From the NCBI RefSeq assembly GCF_038025025.1, contig NW_027117338.1:1984001-2048000 (forward strand): a DNA stretch of 64,000 nucleotides, read 5' to 3'. Of the stretch, positions 1-12,567 are shown piece by piece; within the stretch, counting starts at the first letter, position 1, and every line of letters starts with the position of its first letter. The position numbers were made by a program, and so were the translations under genes. The notes under the pieces are model-generated. The model worked only from the letters and a program-made list of their open reading frames with translations. It searched no databases and was not told the origin of the DNA. Source of the stretch: Phyllosticta citribraziliensis. Its lineage: Eukaryota.

Positions 1-274
1 GTGGGGCATTCAATCCCCTGACCGCCGGCATTGCCCCACCATGAGCGCTAACCAACAGTTCTCTTCCGCGAAACGTGCGCCGGACCATTAAACGATTGGT
101 CTCTGCTTGATCTCCAAAGTGATCACCCTTCCAGTACACGTCGTCAGAGATTTGCACTGGTCCTTCTAGATTATTATACTATTTGATGTGCACAGCTTCG
201 AGCCTGAAAATGCCAGACTTATGCTAGTGTTGTACTTTTGCCCGTCCACCCTCACCCAGACTGTGTCCAGTCAA

Positions 275-2198
275 TCAAGCACCAAACTGCTTGACAAGGC
301 TGGCAACCTTTTGCGCCAGGTCGTCCGCCTCCGTCCTCGTCTCCGCCTCGGCGTACACACGCACCGCATCCTCAGTACCACTGGCGCGGGCGAAAGCTCT
401 GCCTTGCTTGTACTTGCCGACCAGCTTGTCAATCTCGTCCTGAATGCCTGCGGGGCTCTCCAGCTTGCGCTCTGCATCCACAGCCTTGAAGATGTTGCGG
501 TCCTTGACCTCGACACGGACCAACCTGTTGGGAAGGTCGCTGTAAGTGTGCAGCCACTCTGAGGGACCCCACTTCTTGTGTGCGAGAATGACCTCGACAA
601 GAAGAAGATCCGAGATGGCATCACCGACCGTCTGGTTGATCAGGTCAGTCAAGGCCTGGAGAGTTTCCAAAGCCTCATGCTGAGCGGGAGACTGTGGCTC
701 GTGGGTCGCAATCGTCTTAAGAGCGGCGGGAGAGAAGACAACGGTTCCGTGACCGTTGGCCTCAAAGTAGACACCGACGTCGAAACGCAGCGCGGCGTGG
801 TGGAGGTGCTTAACTCCGGTGGGAGTGCAGACGACGGGAAGGTTGAGGCCAGAAGTAATGTACTTGGTGCTGGCACCGTTTGCGTACGCAGTCTGTACAA
901 CCCCAATCTTGAGGTGGTCCGCCAGACCAGCATGACGGGCCAAGTCGCCAATGAAGGAAGCAGCAAGAGTAGCGATGCGATCGCCGTCCAGCAAGTTGAA
1001 CTTGCCGTCCTTGTCGGCAAAGTAGTAGACTACACGGTCAGCATCGCCATCAAGCGACGCACACCGCTCCAAAGGCTCGGCCTTGGACGACGGAGGGGCA
1101 CGTTGGCCAGTCTTGACAAAGTCGGCACCGCACTGCGAACATTAGCTCCCTCCACAACAGTCTAGATGAACAAACGCACCTGCGAGTTGAGATTCTCCGG
1201 CTTGTGCACATCCTCGTTGACAATCTTGATTTTGATTCCCTTTTCTTGAGGAGAAGGCAGGTACCTGAGCAGATCCCTCAGCTTGGGACCACCCACACCA
1301 TTGGCACAATCCACAATGACTCCCTTGTCTTCGGGAGCATCATCAGGAATAGTCCTATGCTTCAGAGCCTTTCTAAAGGCAGATGCCATCTTCTCATAGT
1401 AGCCCTTCTCGCTAATCTCGCCATAGGCGTGGGCAGTGCCCTTGGTGTTGACGCAGCGGACCAGGTAGTGCAGCTGAGGCGTCGTGAGGATCTTGTAGTC
1501 GGTAGACTCGGTGCCAGTTGCTTCCAGAGCATCCTTCAAGCAGCCAGCCAGCCTGGAGCCAGAGGCGCGAGTGTCTCTCGCGAAAATGACCCTCGCAGGA
1601 GCAGTCTGGTTGACCTTAAGGTCCGCCGCGAGCTTGTTGTAGGCATCGACGAGGGCCTGGTCGGTTTCGGCGTTTGCGAGGACGGTGGCGTGAGCCTCCC
1701 AAGAGGACTGGATGTGGTCAGTGATGGTGCCATACTGCGGAACATTCGAAGCTCATACCTCGAGCATTTCGCCCTGACCCAGATATTAGCATTCAGCGCC
1801 AGTAAGTAGCTTGCGACAAACACACCATGGGGTCCACAAGCTTGACGCCATTATCCTCAGGAGGATTGTGACTGGCAGTAATCATGACACCAATCGTCTG
1901 GCCGTTAAGCTTCCTCGAACGCAAGGCCGCCAGCAGTCCAACGCGGAAGACGACCGAATCCAGGAGGTCACTGTAGCAGCGGAGCCCTGTCAGCTCGACG
2001 TGTCCGCATCCTAGCCTTGAGCTTTATATAGCACAGCGACCACGGCACGAGGAACGTACGCTTTCATTCGGAACTGCGCCAGGTTAGCAACAGCTCGAGT
2101 TGGACCGGGGGAAGGGAACTGACGCCAGCAGTGCCATACTGGAAGACCTTGCCCGGCTGGGGGTGCTTCGCAGAGGCCTCCAAAATCTTCTGGTCCAT
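275..2198 (-). CDS. AGM1: Phosphoacetylglucosamine mutase (AGM1/PCM1/PGM3), 6 exons: 2124-2198, 2060-2073, 1826-1970, 1759-1773, 1180-1707, 275-1132
   Basis: Spliced translation gives YGTAGFRMK, the catalytic phosphoserine motif TASHNP, the metal-binding loop [16 protein letters not shown] and C-terminal [15 protein letters not shown]. All introns are GT-AG. Confidence 0.96.
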
Positions 2199-2534
2199 GA
2201 TAAGATTGAGAAAGTTGGAGAAGAGGGGAAGCAAGCTGAAAGAAAGGCGAGGAGGAGTGTGTCCAACGAAGAGGGGGGCAGTGAGTGACGGCGGGGGAGA
2301 AGGGGGGAAAGTAAACGACGGAACCTCAGCTCCCCGCGGTGACGGCCGATCGCACCTGAGCGCCAGGGCCCGTGGCTGAGGTGTAGGTAGGGCTGAGCGA
2401 GCGGTGAGAGCACCATACCGAAATAATTCCGCCGGCGTCGCCCAGCCGAGCGTTTGACGCCCGGCCAACCCAACTCGAAGCTTGTCGACCATCGACGTCC
2501 GACTTTGTTCGCAATTGACGCTCCGCCTGCAACC

Positions 2535-3168
2535 ATGAGACGAATATTATCTGCAACAGCTCGCAAGGCTTTCGTCCCCGTCATCCGCCCCGTCGGCCCG
2601 CCCTCCACTCCTCTCATCTCCTCCGCTCGCAAACTCCCTCTTTCCATCTCCCGGCCGCCGAACAATGTCGCTCCTTTCTCCACGTCCACTGCGCTCTCTG
2701 CTGAGAAGAAGGCTGGTAGACCCGTCAGAGATCGCCGAGTCAGTATGTTGGCCACGCCAACCGGAGCTGCGTTGAAAAGGAAGCTGACCATCACTTGCAG
2801 CGCTGATCCGCTACTTTCTTTTCCACCCCAAAACTCCACGTCCCCTCCGCTTCTCTCGCCAACGTTTTCTGCGTCATTGGACCATCCACCGCGCCTGGAT
2901 GCTTTTCAAGCGCAAGATGCGCGCCCAAAAAGAACGCGAACTGGAGGCCCAGTACAACTCGATGAACGCCGCCTGCGAAGCCCTTCGCCTCATGGATGAC
3001 AATGGTAGAAAAGCAGCACCCGGTGGCAAGGAGGTTGGGCGCCTGTTCAGAATCGCCATGATGAAGACTGGCAGGTGGGAGCAAGGCTTTCCTATAGAGT
3101 ACGCGAGGCCGCAGGTTGAGACTCCGCCGAGGGATGGTTGGAATCACAACTGGCGCAGGGGAGGATAA
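2535..3168 (+). CDS. Mitochondrial ribosomal protein mL40 (yeast MRPL28-like), intron 2743-2800
   Basis: Arg/Ser-rich presequence MRRILSATARKAF. After splicing it reads TLIRYFLFHPKTPRPLRFSRQRFLRHWTIHRAWMLF...FPIEYARPQVETPPRDGWNHNW, typical of fungal mL40. Confidence 0.85.
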
Positions 3169-3823
3169 ATGCTGTTATAATGGAGAGGAAAATGACTCGA
3201 TTTGACTGCGTCCAAACGTCGTAATTACTCATTTGGTTGCTGCTGAACGGAAGACGTCTACTTATGGCTGGAATGTTTAAAAGCCACTACTGCGAGACGC
3301 GGACCACACAAAACAGACCGTGATCTACTCGATTAAAACCTAACAATGCCAAAGCAAGTCGTGACCCTTTGCAAAAGGGAACGCAGATTTGGTAACCGCT
3401 ACGCGAGGCCTATTCTGATTTGCGACACAAGTCAAACGATCCCCGCCCTCATGCCAGCGAGGCGCCAAGACGTTTGTCTTCCAGTCAATTTAGTTTCTGA
3501 AAGTCCCAGTCCCACAAAAGAAATACGTATGTTACTGTTAGCAAAAACGCGAAGCCAGGAACACATCATCGACCAGGCTGCAATGAAGAGAAGAAAAGGA
3601 AAAAAACAAAATGAGCGTAACGATATCATCCGTCATTACCCGTCGCTGCATTGCTTGCTGCAAACAAGAAAGGCATTTTGAAGGGGTGATGGACCCAGAA
3701 GTCGAAAAGGACCGGACAAAGGAACGAAACCCATGTACGCGCTGCACGAAAACGCCGTAATGATACAAACCCCAAACACCGGCCATGCATAGTCGAAGAA
3801 GACGGGTCGGCGCAACTGCGAGG

Positions 3824-4995
3824 TCACAGAATCACGCAGCACCCGCTGCTCTCAGCCTTGTCCACAGACAGCAGCGCAGCCCGGGTCGCTGCCTCGAAAA
3901 CGTCGTCGACGCCGTCGCCTGTCAGAGATGAGCACTCGAGGTACTTCCGGGCGCCGATTTCTTCCTTCATGTCGCTTCCGGCCTTTGGCGTCGTGAATTT
4001 CAGACTCTTCTTTCTCATCTCTTCCTGGGCCAGAGGGTCATCCCTCAAGTCCTTTTTCAGACCAACCAGGATGATTGGGACGCCTGGGCACCGTTCTCGA
4101 GCTTCTTCGGCCCACTTGTGCTTGACATTCTCAAGTGAGTCGGGGGAATCCACGGAAAAGCCAATGAGGATCACGTGGGCCTTGGAGTAGGCCAATGGAC
4201 GAAGACGTTCATAGTCCTCTTGTCCTGCCGTGTCCCAAAGCGCAAGCTGCACCGACTTCCCATCTACGCGGCAATCGGTCACGTAGTTTTCAAACACTGT
4301 AGGGACCTATCGATGCGTCAATTCCAGGACCTTGGCGGTCGGTGAGAGCCTAGCTCAACTTACATATCGCTGAGACGTTGTTAGCACCCGTAGCCATCAG
4401 AGGTCAAGGCTCAACTTACAGTAGGAAAATAACCTAATGTGAAGACGCTGAGCAGACTGGTCTTGCCGCACGCGCCATCTCCGATGATGACTAGTTTTCT
4501 AATGCAGGGCGGTTAGCATGTTACACCAAACAAGCGATCAACATTCAAGGAATTGAAAGAGTGGGTAACGAAACAAGAGAAACGGAGTGACGTGTCGCGG
4601 CGGCTGCGCAGCTGTAGCCAGTGGCTAGCATATACAATGCGACCAAAAATCCAGGGAAACGCAGCCTATTTTTGGTTGCCTAAGGCTTTCGGGTTGCGGA
4701 CGCCAATGCACGCTATCGCCCTCGCTTCGTTTTAGACTGTGAGAAGCTATGGGGCGCAGCTGTCCACACCAACGGCATGAAAATGTAGCTGCGCTTGAAA
4801 AGGGGCTGACTTGGAAAAACAGACGAGTAGAATGATGGGGTAAGATGGCGCGTATTAGCAAAAGGCCTCGAGGCGTGCCGAGTCTTGCAGCCCTCGTGCG
4901 AGCGCGACGACGTTGTGGCCAAGCAGAATGTCTTGGGAAAAGCAATCCACCTACCTTCGCATAACCTGAGCTTCTTGACCATTTTGTTGAGCCAT
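3824..4995 (-). CDS. rho2: Rho2-type small GTPase; exons 4955-4995, 4420-4498, 4364-4369 (6 nt), 3824-4306
   Basis: [16 protein letters not shown] (P-loop), YVPTVFENY (switch I), [24 protein letters not shown] and C-terminal CCVIL CAAX box. Confidence 0.95.
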
Positions 4996-5594
4996 GCCGG
5001 CCGAGGGTACCGTTGGTGTTTAGAGCGTTGGCGGTGTCCTAGGCGTGGGTCGACTCGCGGCAACGGCCTCGTGGAAAACGGCTCTGGATGGGCTCGGTAG
5101 CGCGCGGCGTAGGAGGGTGGTAACGGTCGTCGGCGGAGTGGGCAAACAGCGTACCCGGTGGGGTACCTTGGGTGCCGCTGGAGCCGCGGGTGTTGGTCGA
5201 CAACGGCGCGATGTACGAGCCGGAGACGGAGAGTGGGAATGAAGGAGAGCGGGCCCTTGGCCGGTCGGACCAGGCGGTCGTCGTGGGTGCTACGAGGGCG
5301 TGGAAAGCGGGCGAACGGCGCTGAGGGCTCGCGAGGACCTTCACCACCAAGGTGTACGGAGCGACGGCGTCGAGGCGACGCGATGCGCGGGGAAGATTGA
5401 GGAATGGACGGGAAACGGATCGGGGGGCCGCGGATGTTATAGAGCGTCGAGCGGGTTCTGCAGATGACGGGCGCTGCAAGGAGAGAGGAGGAGGGTGTCG
5501 TGTATTTGTCCAAGTGATACGAGGTAGGTAGTGGGAGGAACAGCAGGAAATGCAGACGGGAGGGCTTGGCCAGCGACGCAATAACTGGTGGCCG

Positions 5595-5644
5595 CGGTCA
5601 GGTTCAAGTTCAGGTTCAGGTTCAGGTTCAGGTCGAGGTCCAGG
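5595..5644. repeat. (GGTTCA)n hexamer microsatellite, about 5 near-perfect units plus degenerate flanks
   Basis: ggtca ggttca agttca ggttca ggttca ggttca ggtcga ggtcca read directly. Confidence 0.85.
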
Positions 5645-5892
5645 AGCAGCTTCCTTGAGCTGTGTCGGCCGGGTTCGAAAGCACAGGACAGGCGGGACAC
5701 CGGGGCGAGGCAGTGAACGGAAGCACAGGAACGACGACGTGAGCAGACGGGCGCAGCGAGGTGCGGTGGGTTGGAGGTATCGTGCGGTGGTGAAGATGAG
5801 TTGGAGCGGCACTGCATCCCGAGTCCCGCAGCCCAACCCAACCAAGGTACATGCAACCACCGCACCTCTCTCAAAGCCAGAGCCAAAGGCCG

Positions 5893-5955
5893 CCCCGGTG
5901 CCCTAGGTACCCTACCCTACACCTCCAAACCCTACCGTACCCTGCCTTGCCCTAA
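5893..5955. repeat. CCCTA (TAGGG) degenerate array in the rho2/nst1 intergenic region
   Basis: CCCTA at 5901, 5910, 5915, 5930 and 5950; CCCTG at 5940; CCCC at 5893. Confidence 0.7.
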
Positions 5956-6374
5956 TTTGATAGACATCGGCGCCTTTGCCAAGCCCGTCACGTGACCACA
6001 GCACGCCGACCCGGACGACAGCATGACGACTCTGTTGCTTCTTTGAGAGCCGTTTCAATCACCCAACCTCTCGCTCGCCCGCCCGCCCGACCTGACGCGC
6101 CCCACCAAGCCCTCCCGAGCAGCGTCACGGCAATCGTCTCCTCTGCGTGCTGATCCCCCAGCTGCGCCTTGCCCGTCACGCCCTGCTCCCAACCGACGTA
6201 CGTGGTGGGCATTCCATCCGTGGCCTTCTCACGCCTCCTCTCGACGCCGCCGCTCCCATCTCTCCCCGAGACACTCGCTTGCCCTTGGACACAACCGTCT
6301 CTGCTCCTTCCTTCTGACTCCTACCTCTTGTCCACGTCCCAGCGCCCCCGATCCTCCCCGCCTCGCTCGACACC

Positions 6375-9300
6375 ATGGCAAACGGCAGAGCGCACGTCGG
6401 CGCGCCAGCGCCCAGCAACGGCGTCCTGACCGCCAACCCTCCACCGGGCAATCCGAGCGTGAACCGCAAAAAGGCAAAGCGGCGGGCGAAGCAGGCTGCG
6501 AAGCAGGCCGCTGAGCAGCATCCCAACCCGAACCTCAAGGGCGCTTGGATACCCAAAGGCTCTCCATATACCCCCCGGCCCGTGGCTCCAAACGGCGCCG
6601 CTACCCACGACCACGACCAGGCACTCGACTACGAAGGCGACTACGACGATCCCGACCAATTCGATCCCGCTGACGGCGACGAGTACTACACGGATGACGA
6701 GGCGACTCAGACGTATGGCCAGCACTACGACCCCGCCGTGGCATCTGCAAACGGCGACGAGCCGGACAATCTAGCGGTACGCAAATCCAAGAAGAAGCCC
6801 AAGAAGAAGAAGCGGGGACGGCTACATGACGAGCACGAGGTTCCGAGCGGAAGTTCGTCAGGAGTGCTTCCGCATTCCGGCCCCAATTTGCATCCGCCGC
6901 CGCCAGCCCCATCGCTTGCGACTGCAGCTCTCCGAACCGTCCACCGTAGCGCCAACTCCAAGGACCGCATATGGAACACTTCGTCACAGGAGGAGCGGGA
7001 AAGAATTCGCGAGTTTTGGCTCTCTCTTAGCGAGGAAGAGCGCAAGTCTCTTGTGAAAATTGAAAAAGAGGCCGTGTTGCGCAAGATGAAGGAGCAGCAA
7101 AAACACGCGTGCAGCTGCACAGTCTGCGGGCGTAAAAGGACAGCCATTGAGGAAGAGTTGGAAGTTCTTTATGATGCGTACTACGAGGAGCTGGAGCTGT
7201 ATGGCGACCAGCAACATATACCCGACAGCGGCGATACCATGCTAACAAAAGGGAGGCCCGAAAGCCATGCGCATAGTCACCGCTTGCCTCCCGACCGCGG
7301 ACTGCCTGAACCTTACGATGCTGCCAACCGCGTCGAGGAGCTTGGAGACGAAGAGGAGGACGAGGACGACCTCGACGACGAAGACTACAGCGAGAGTGAA
7401 GACGATGACGAGTATAGCGACGAAGAAGAACCGGAGGAGCTGCCCCCGCGAGGTGCGGCTGCGGACTTTTTCCATTTTGGGAACAGCCTAACTGTGCAAG
7501 GTCTGTCGGACGACTACGACTGTAAAGGGAACAGCTGGCGCTTATACTGCATATTAGGTGGTATTCTCACCGTCGCCGACGACCTCCTCAAAAACGATGG
7601 CAAAAAGTTCATCGAGATGATGGAGCAGCTAGCCGCTCGTCGGATGCAACGAGAGGACCAAGTGGTGGAGCATGCTGGCAGCTATGCCTACACAAACGCA
7701 ATGCAACACCCGCACTCCGGCCATCATCATGGAAACCAGCAAGAGGAAGACGACTACGACGAGGAGGACGATGACTACGACAGTCAGGAGGATGACTATG
7801 ACGAGGAGGACGATGAGCTGGTTTGAGTTCCACACGAGCGTCACCTGGCATTTTCTAACAAGCGCCAGGACTCCATGACTGAGCAGCAACGGATGCGTGA
7901 AGGTCGACGAATGTTTCAAATATTTGCTGCCCGAATGTTCGAACAGCGCGTCCTCTCGGCATATCGTGAAAAGGTGGCCAATGAACGTCAACAAAAGCTC
8001 ATCGAGGAACTCGAAGAAGAAACGCGCAGAGATGCCGAGCGGGAAGCCAAGAAGACCAAGGAAGCGCAAAAGAAGAAGGAGAAGAGGGCTCTACAAAAGC
8101 AGAAACAAGCCGAGGAAAAGGCTCGCAAGGATGCAGAGAAGCGAGCTGAGGAGGAAGCTGCCAAGGCTGCGGAAGCGAAGAAGCAGGAGGAATTGCGGAG
8201 AAAGAGAGAGGAACAGAAGAAGAAGAAAGAGGCAGAGCGCAAGGCCCAGGAGGAGGAGAGGAAGCGCAAGGAAGCCGAAAAACAGCGGAGGCTACAACAG
8301 GAACGAGAGCGCCAGCAAGAGGCAGAACGCAAAGCCCAGGAGCAAAAGGCTGCGGAGAAGAAGGCAAGGGAAGATGCAAAGCGAAAGGAGCGCGAGGAAA
8401 AAGAGGCGCGAGAACGAGAAGCACGAGAGCAAAAGGCACATGCTGAACAGCAGCGCCGGGAACAGGAGGCCAGAATCAAGTCGGAGAGAGAGGCAAAAGA
8501 GCGTCAGAGGAAGGACGAGGAGGCGGCCAAGGCTGCCCAACAGTTCGCGACCAACAACCGCCAAGCTCAACCCACACCAGCCTTGCCGCCAGGCCTCGTT
8601 TCAAAGCAATCTTCGACTGGTTTTCCTTCTCCACACGTCCAAGTCGCCACTCCGAACATTCCCAAGGCCCCGACTCCCGTGAAGCCGCGCCAAACCTCAG
8701 AGCAAGGCTCGCATGGATCATCGCCCAAAACACCACATGTCCATCCAGGCTCAAACAAGCCTTCGTCTCCGACATTGTCCGGTGCTGCAGCTCCAAAGAC
8801 TATACTGCAGAAGCCACCAATGTCATCAGCACAGGCAAGCGTACACCACGGGCAGCCTTCCTCGCCGCTGAACCCGCTAGGCCCTCCTGGAATGCATGGC
8901 CCGGCAGGCTTTGGTGGTTTCGCCGGCCTGGGTGCAGCGCCTTCTCAAATTCAAGCATTTAATCAACCGCGTGGGCAAGTGTTTCCTCCACCCATGAATT
9001 CGCCTTACCATGGATTTCCCGCCCCGAACGGGTTGCCGGCACCACCTCCAGGCATGACCATGTCAGGGGTTCCGGTTGGCCGTGGTTATCCCATTGGTGC
9101 GCCACCAGGTTTTGGCCAACCCTTGCCAGGTCTCAGCTCAGTAAACCAGACATCGTCTTTCGGGGCTCCTGTAGGGGTGATGCCCTCGCACTCGCACTCG
9201 CGTCAAGCATCTGCTGGTTCGTTTGAAAAGAGCAGTCTTGCCGGATTTGACTCTCCCGCTGGATTATCACAGACACATCCGATATCGAGACCCGCCCCTA

Positions 9301-10142
9301 TTCAGCGTCCATCTAGCGTGAAGCCTCATGAGCTCGGTCAGGAGCACAAGAGGACCACTCACGCTGACATCGATGACCTTAGCAATCACCTGGGTAGCAG
9401 TGCTTTGCTGGATGATAGCGATGAGCCTATAGCGACGACTTTGGCTGAAGCGCGCAGGAGCAGTCTCGTCCCAACAGGCAGGACCAACAGCAGGATGGGC
9501 TTCGGGGCAACACCGCTCTTTACGGAACAGCCTCGGATCGATCCATTTGCCATGTCCAGTGGAGGTACACCATGGGGAACTCCCACAATGCCAAATCCGT
9601 TTGGTCAAACTGGCTTTGGGGGCAACACGTGGGGTTCGTCACCCACTGCCGGGGGCGGATGGCCGAGCAGCTTTAGCAGCATGGGAGGACCCCTTGGAGG
9701 AGCTCCCCATCGCCCCAGTCTCTCGCGCCCGGGAATGGTACGGCTAATGGTGTGTAGAGCTTGCCAGCAGCTCACGCAAACGAGTGGTAGCTCTGACGGG
9801 TTCTATGACGTCGCTACCATCATTCGCACGATCGACACCTTCCGTATGGGTGAACCGCCGGTGATGGAGCACGAAGTCCACGACATCTGCGAGACTGAGG
9901 GAGACGCGCACAATGGCGGCGGCTTTTTGTTCAGAAAGGACGCGGCCGACGGCGCAAGCGCGCTGGTCAAATTCGAGCCCGACGAAAACAGCAATGGCGA
10001 CGCGCGCGGCTCAGGCCGCTCTCTCGGAGGTCTTGGTGAGATTGGGAGCCCGGTACCCAGCCACTCGACACTTGCTGGCAGCATCTCGCGCGGTCCTTCA
10101 TTCCCGGGCTCGCTTGGAGGCATCTCGTCGCCTGGATTCTAA
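6375..10142 (+). CDS. NST1: Stress response protein Nst1; introns 7501-7557 and 7821-7868
   Basis: Conserved [20 protein letters not shown]...[50 protein letters not shown] and [19 protein letters not shown] blocks, then a long E/K/R coiled coil and a P/S/G-rich tail. Confidence 0.93.
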
Positions 10143-11029
10143 CACTATTGTCGGTTGCCATGCCTCTTTGTCCTTTCACTGTTGGCGGGTCAAAGAGCGT
10201 GGTCGGGATGACAAGCATCGAGACCGAAACCCTTGCCTTCCCTCCAGTGTGGTAGCGTCATGATCATCGTTATCTCACGTGGGGCTAGCATGGCGAGAAC
10301 GCCTCTGGCCATGTTGGCAAGCAGCTAGGAACTCATTCTTTGCATCTCTATCTCTCTTGTGTCCATTACTGGCGTATCCCCCGTACCTCCTCTTCTCATG
10401 ATCATCATGATGACAGCATACCAGTAATATGTGCTTCAGCCGGGTGGGTGTTCTGGGTCTCTGTTCCTCGCAGCCCCGGCTGCAGCAAAGGCGTCTATGG
10501 CTTTGATCTCCTGCTCGAGGCCATCTCAACTCATTCCGTTTTCGCATCTTGTTGTTTCTGCCATGCCCCGGTTGCTCGCCTCTCAGTTGGTGAGAGCTGT
10601 TGAGGGCCGCGGTGCTTCGTTCCGGCCCTTCAGTCGTCCGTTGTCCAGAAGGCACGAGGATTCTTAGAAATGAAAGTCCTTGTCCTTGGTGCTCATGAGT
10701 CTGCTCTTTGTTAGTCACGTACCGACAACAGCTCTTTCCGCAGAAGAAATAGTGGAGGGGGAGTATCTACGCTTCCACAGACAATTGACCTGGAAGCATA
10801 AAACCTACCCCAAGCCAGAGCGCGACGATTCAAGCTCAAGGTCCAACTCGCGAGAACTGCACTTGTGTGCCACAACTTCATCACCAAGCCTCGCCACGCG
10901 AATGCCATTCTCTCTTTTGAAAGCGATTGCATGGAATTTTTACGTTTTGAACGCCTTGGTGGCTGCTGATACTTGAGCGAGTTTACGAATAACGCCTGCC
11001 TCCCACATGCCTAATGCCATTTCTATTCC

Positions 11030-12567
11030 TTAATGCCCATTCTTTGCCTCAAGTGCCTTTTTACACGCCTCCTTGAACACCTTGGTGAATCTCCATGCGT
11101 CAGTGTAGTTGTTGTACAGAGGCGCCGGCGCGACCCTGATAACGTCCGGCCGCCTCTCGTCGATGATGACGCCGTGCGCCTCCAACTCGGCCTGGACAAA
11201 GTCCAACATGCCCGGCTTGAGCAGCAGGCTCAGCTGAGCGCCTCTCTCCTCCGGGTTCGAGGGCGTGATGAGCGAGTAGGGGCGGTCCGAGCTCTTCTCG
11301 CCCGGCGCGTCGCTGAAGAGGAGGTGCTCCAGGTAGGCCGTCAGGTGCAGCGACTTGGTCCTCAGGTCCTGCATCGTCGTCTGCCCGTACACGGACAACG
11401 ACGCCAGCACCGCCGTGCAGTCGAGGACGCTCTGGTTGCTCAGGCGGAAGCCGGCCGCGCCAGGCAGCGGAGTGAACTGGCTGCCCATGCGGAAGCGCAC
11501 GCTCTTCTCACTGCCCCACCAGCCGCTCAGGCGTGGCCGGAAGCCCAGCGCCTCCTCGCTGACCTCGCTGCTGCCCTCGGTGGGCTCGGCCACCTTGCCG
11601 TGGCGCTCGTGCACAAACAGACCACCGATGACGCCTGGGCCGCCGTTCATGTACTTGTAGTTGCACCACGCGGCGAAGTCGACATTCCAGTCGTGCAGCT
11701 CCAGAGGGACGTTGCCCACGGCGTGGGCGAGATCCCAACCGACGGTAATGCCGCGCTCCTGCGCGTAGGCCGTGATGGTGCGGATGTCGAAGAATTGGCC
11801 CGAGTAGTACTGGATACCCGGGAGCAGCAGCAGAGCCGTGCTGTCGGCGTGGGCGTCGATGACTGAGAGAATGTACGAGGTGGGGAGGAGGGAGCTGTTT
11901 GCTTCGGGGGGGCTCAGTTCGACGAGGGCCTCCGAGTGGTGGAGGTGGTGCAGGTGCAGTTGCGATTGGACGGCGTACTACCAGCGACAATGCTGTCAGC
12001 GGGAACAAGAAGAGGGGAATTTGAGGTCTGCCTTACGTGATCGCTGGGGAAGGCCTTGCCCTCGATGATGATCTTGTAGCGCTCCTTGGTCGGCCGGTAG
12101 AAACTTGCCATGAGCAGGTGCAGGTTTGCCGTCAGCGTCTCCATGACGGCGACTTCGCCCGTCTGCGCGCCCACAATCTTGGCCATTTGCGGCTTCAGGT
12201 CCTCCTCCATGTCGACCCACGGGCGGTAGTCGCCATCTTCCAGGTTCTGCCAGTGGCCATTGACGCCCTTGATGGCCCAGGTGTTGAGGTACCTCTGCAC
12301 GTAATCCCGAGTCCGTCGAGGCTGCAGTCCGAGCGAGTTACCGCACAGATAGGTGCATTCTTCACCCGAGCGGCTCTTGACCTGTCCGCTCAAAGCCTGG
12401 ACGGTGCTGCTGTCGGCAATGCGCTTGGTATGGGTGTCGTCGATGGTGGGAATGATGAACTCTTTGCGGATATCGCGAAGCGGGTCCTGAGCGTCGAGTG
12501 AGGTAGCATATTCTTGGCTGTAAGATTCGGGGCCTTTGCTAAAGGGAGGAAGGGTAAACGACGCCAT
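11030..12567 (-). CDS. BNA5: Kynureninase (PLP-dependent), intron 11978-12036
   Basis: YLCGNSLGLQP, METLTANLHLLM, IEGKAFPSDHYA, GWDLAHAVGNVPL, WCNYKYMNGGPG (PLP lysine) and RLSGWWG motifs. Confidence 0.95.

Noticed and set aside
5671..5682. B-box-like GGTTCGAAAGC
   Set aside because: No T-stem pairing, acceptor stem or A box around it.
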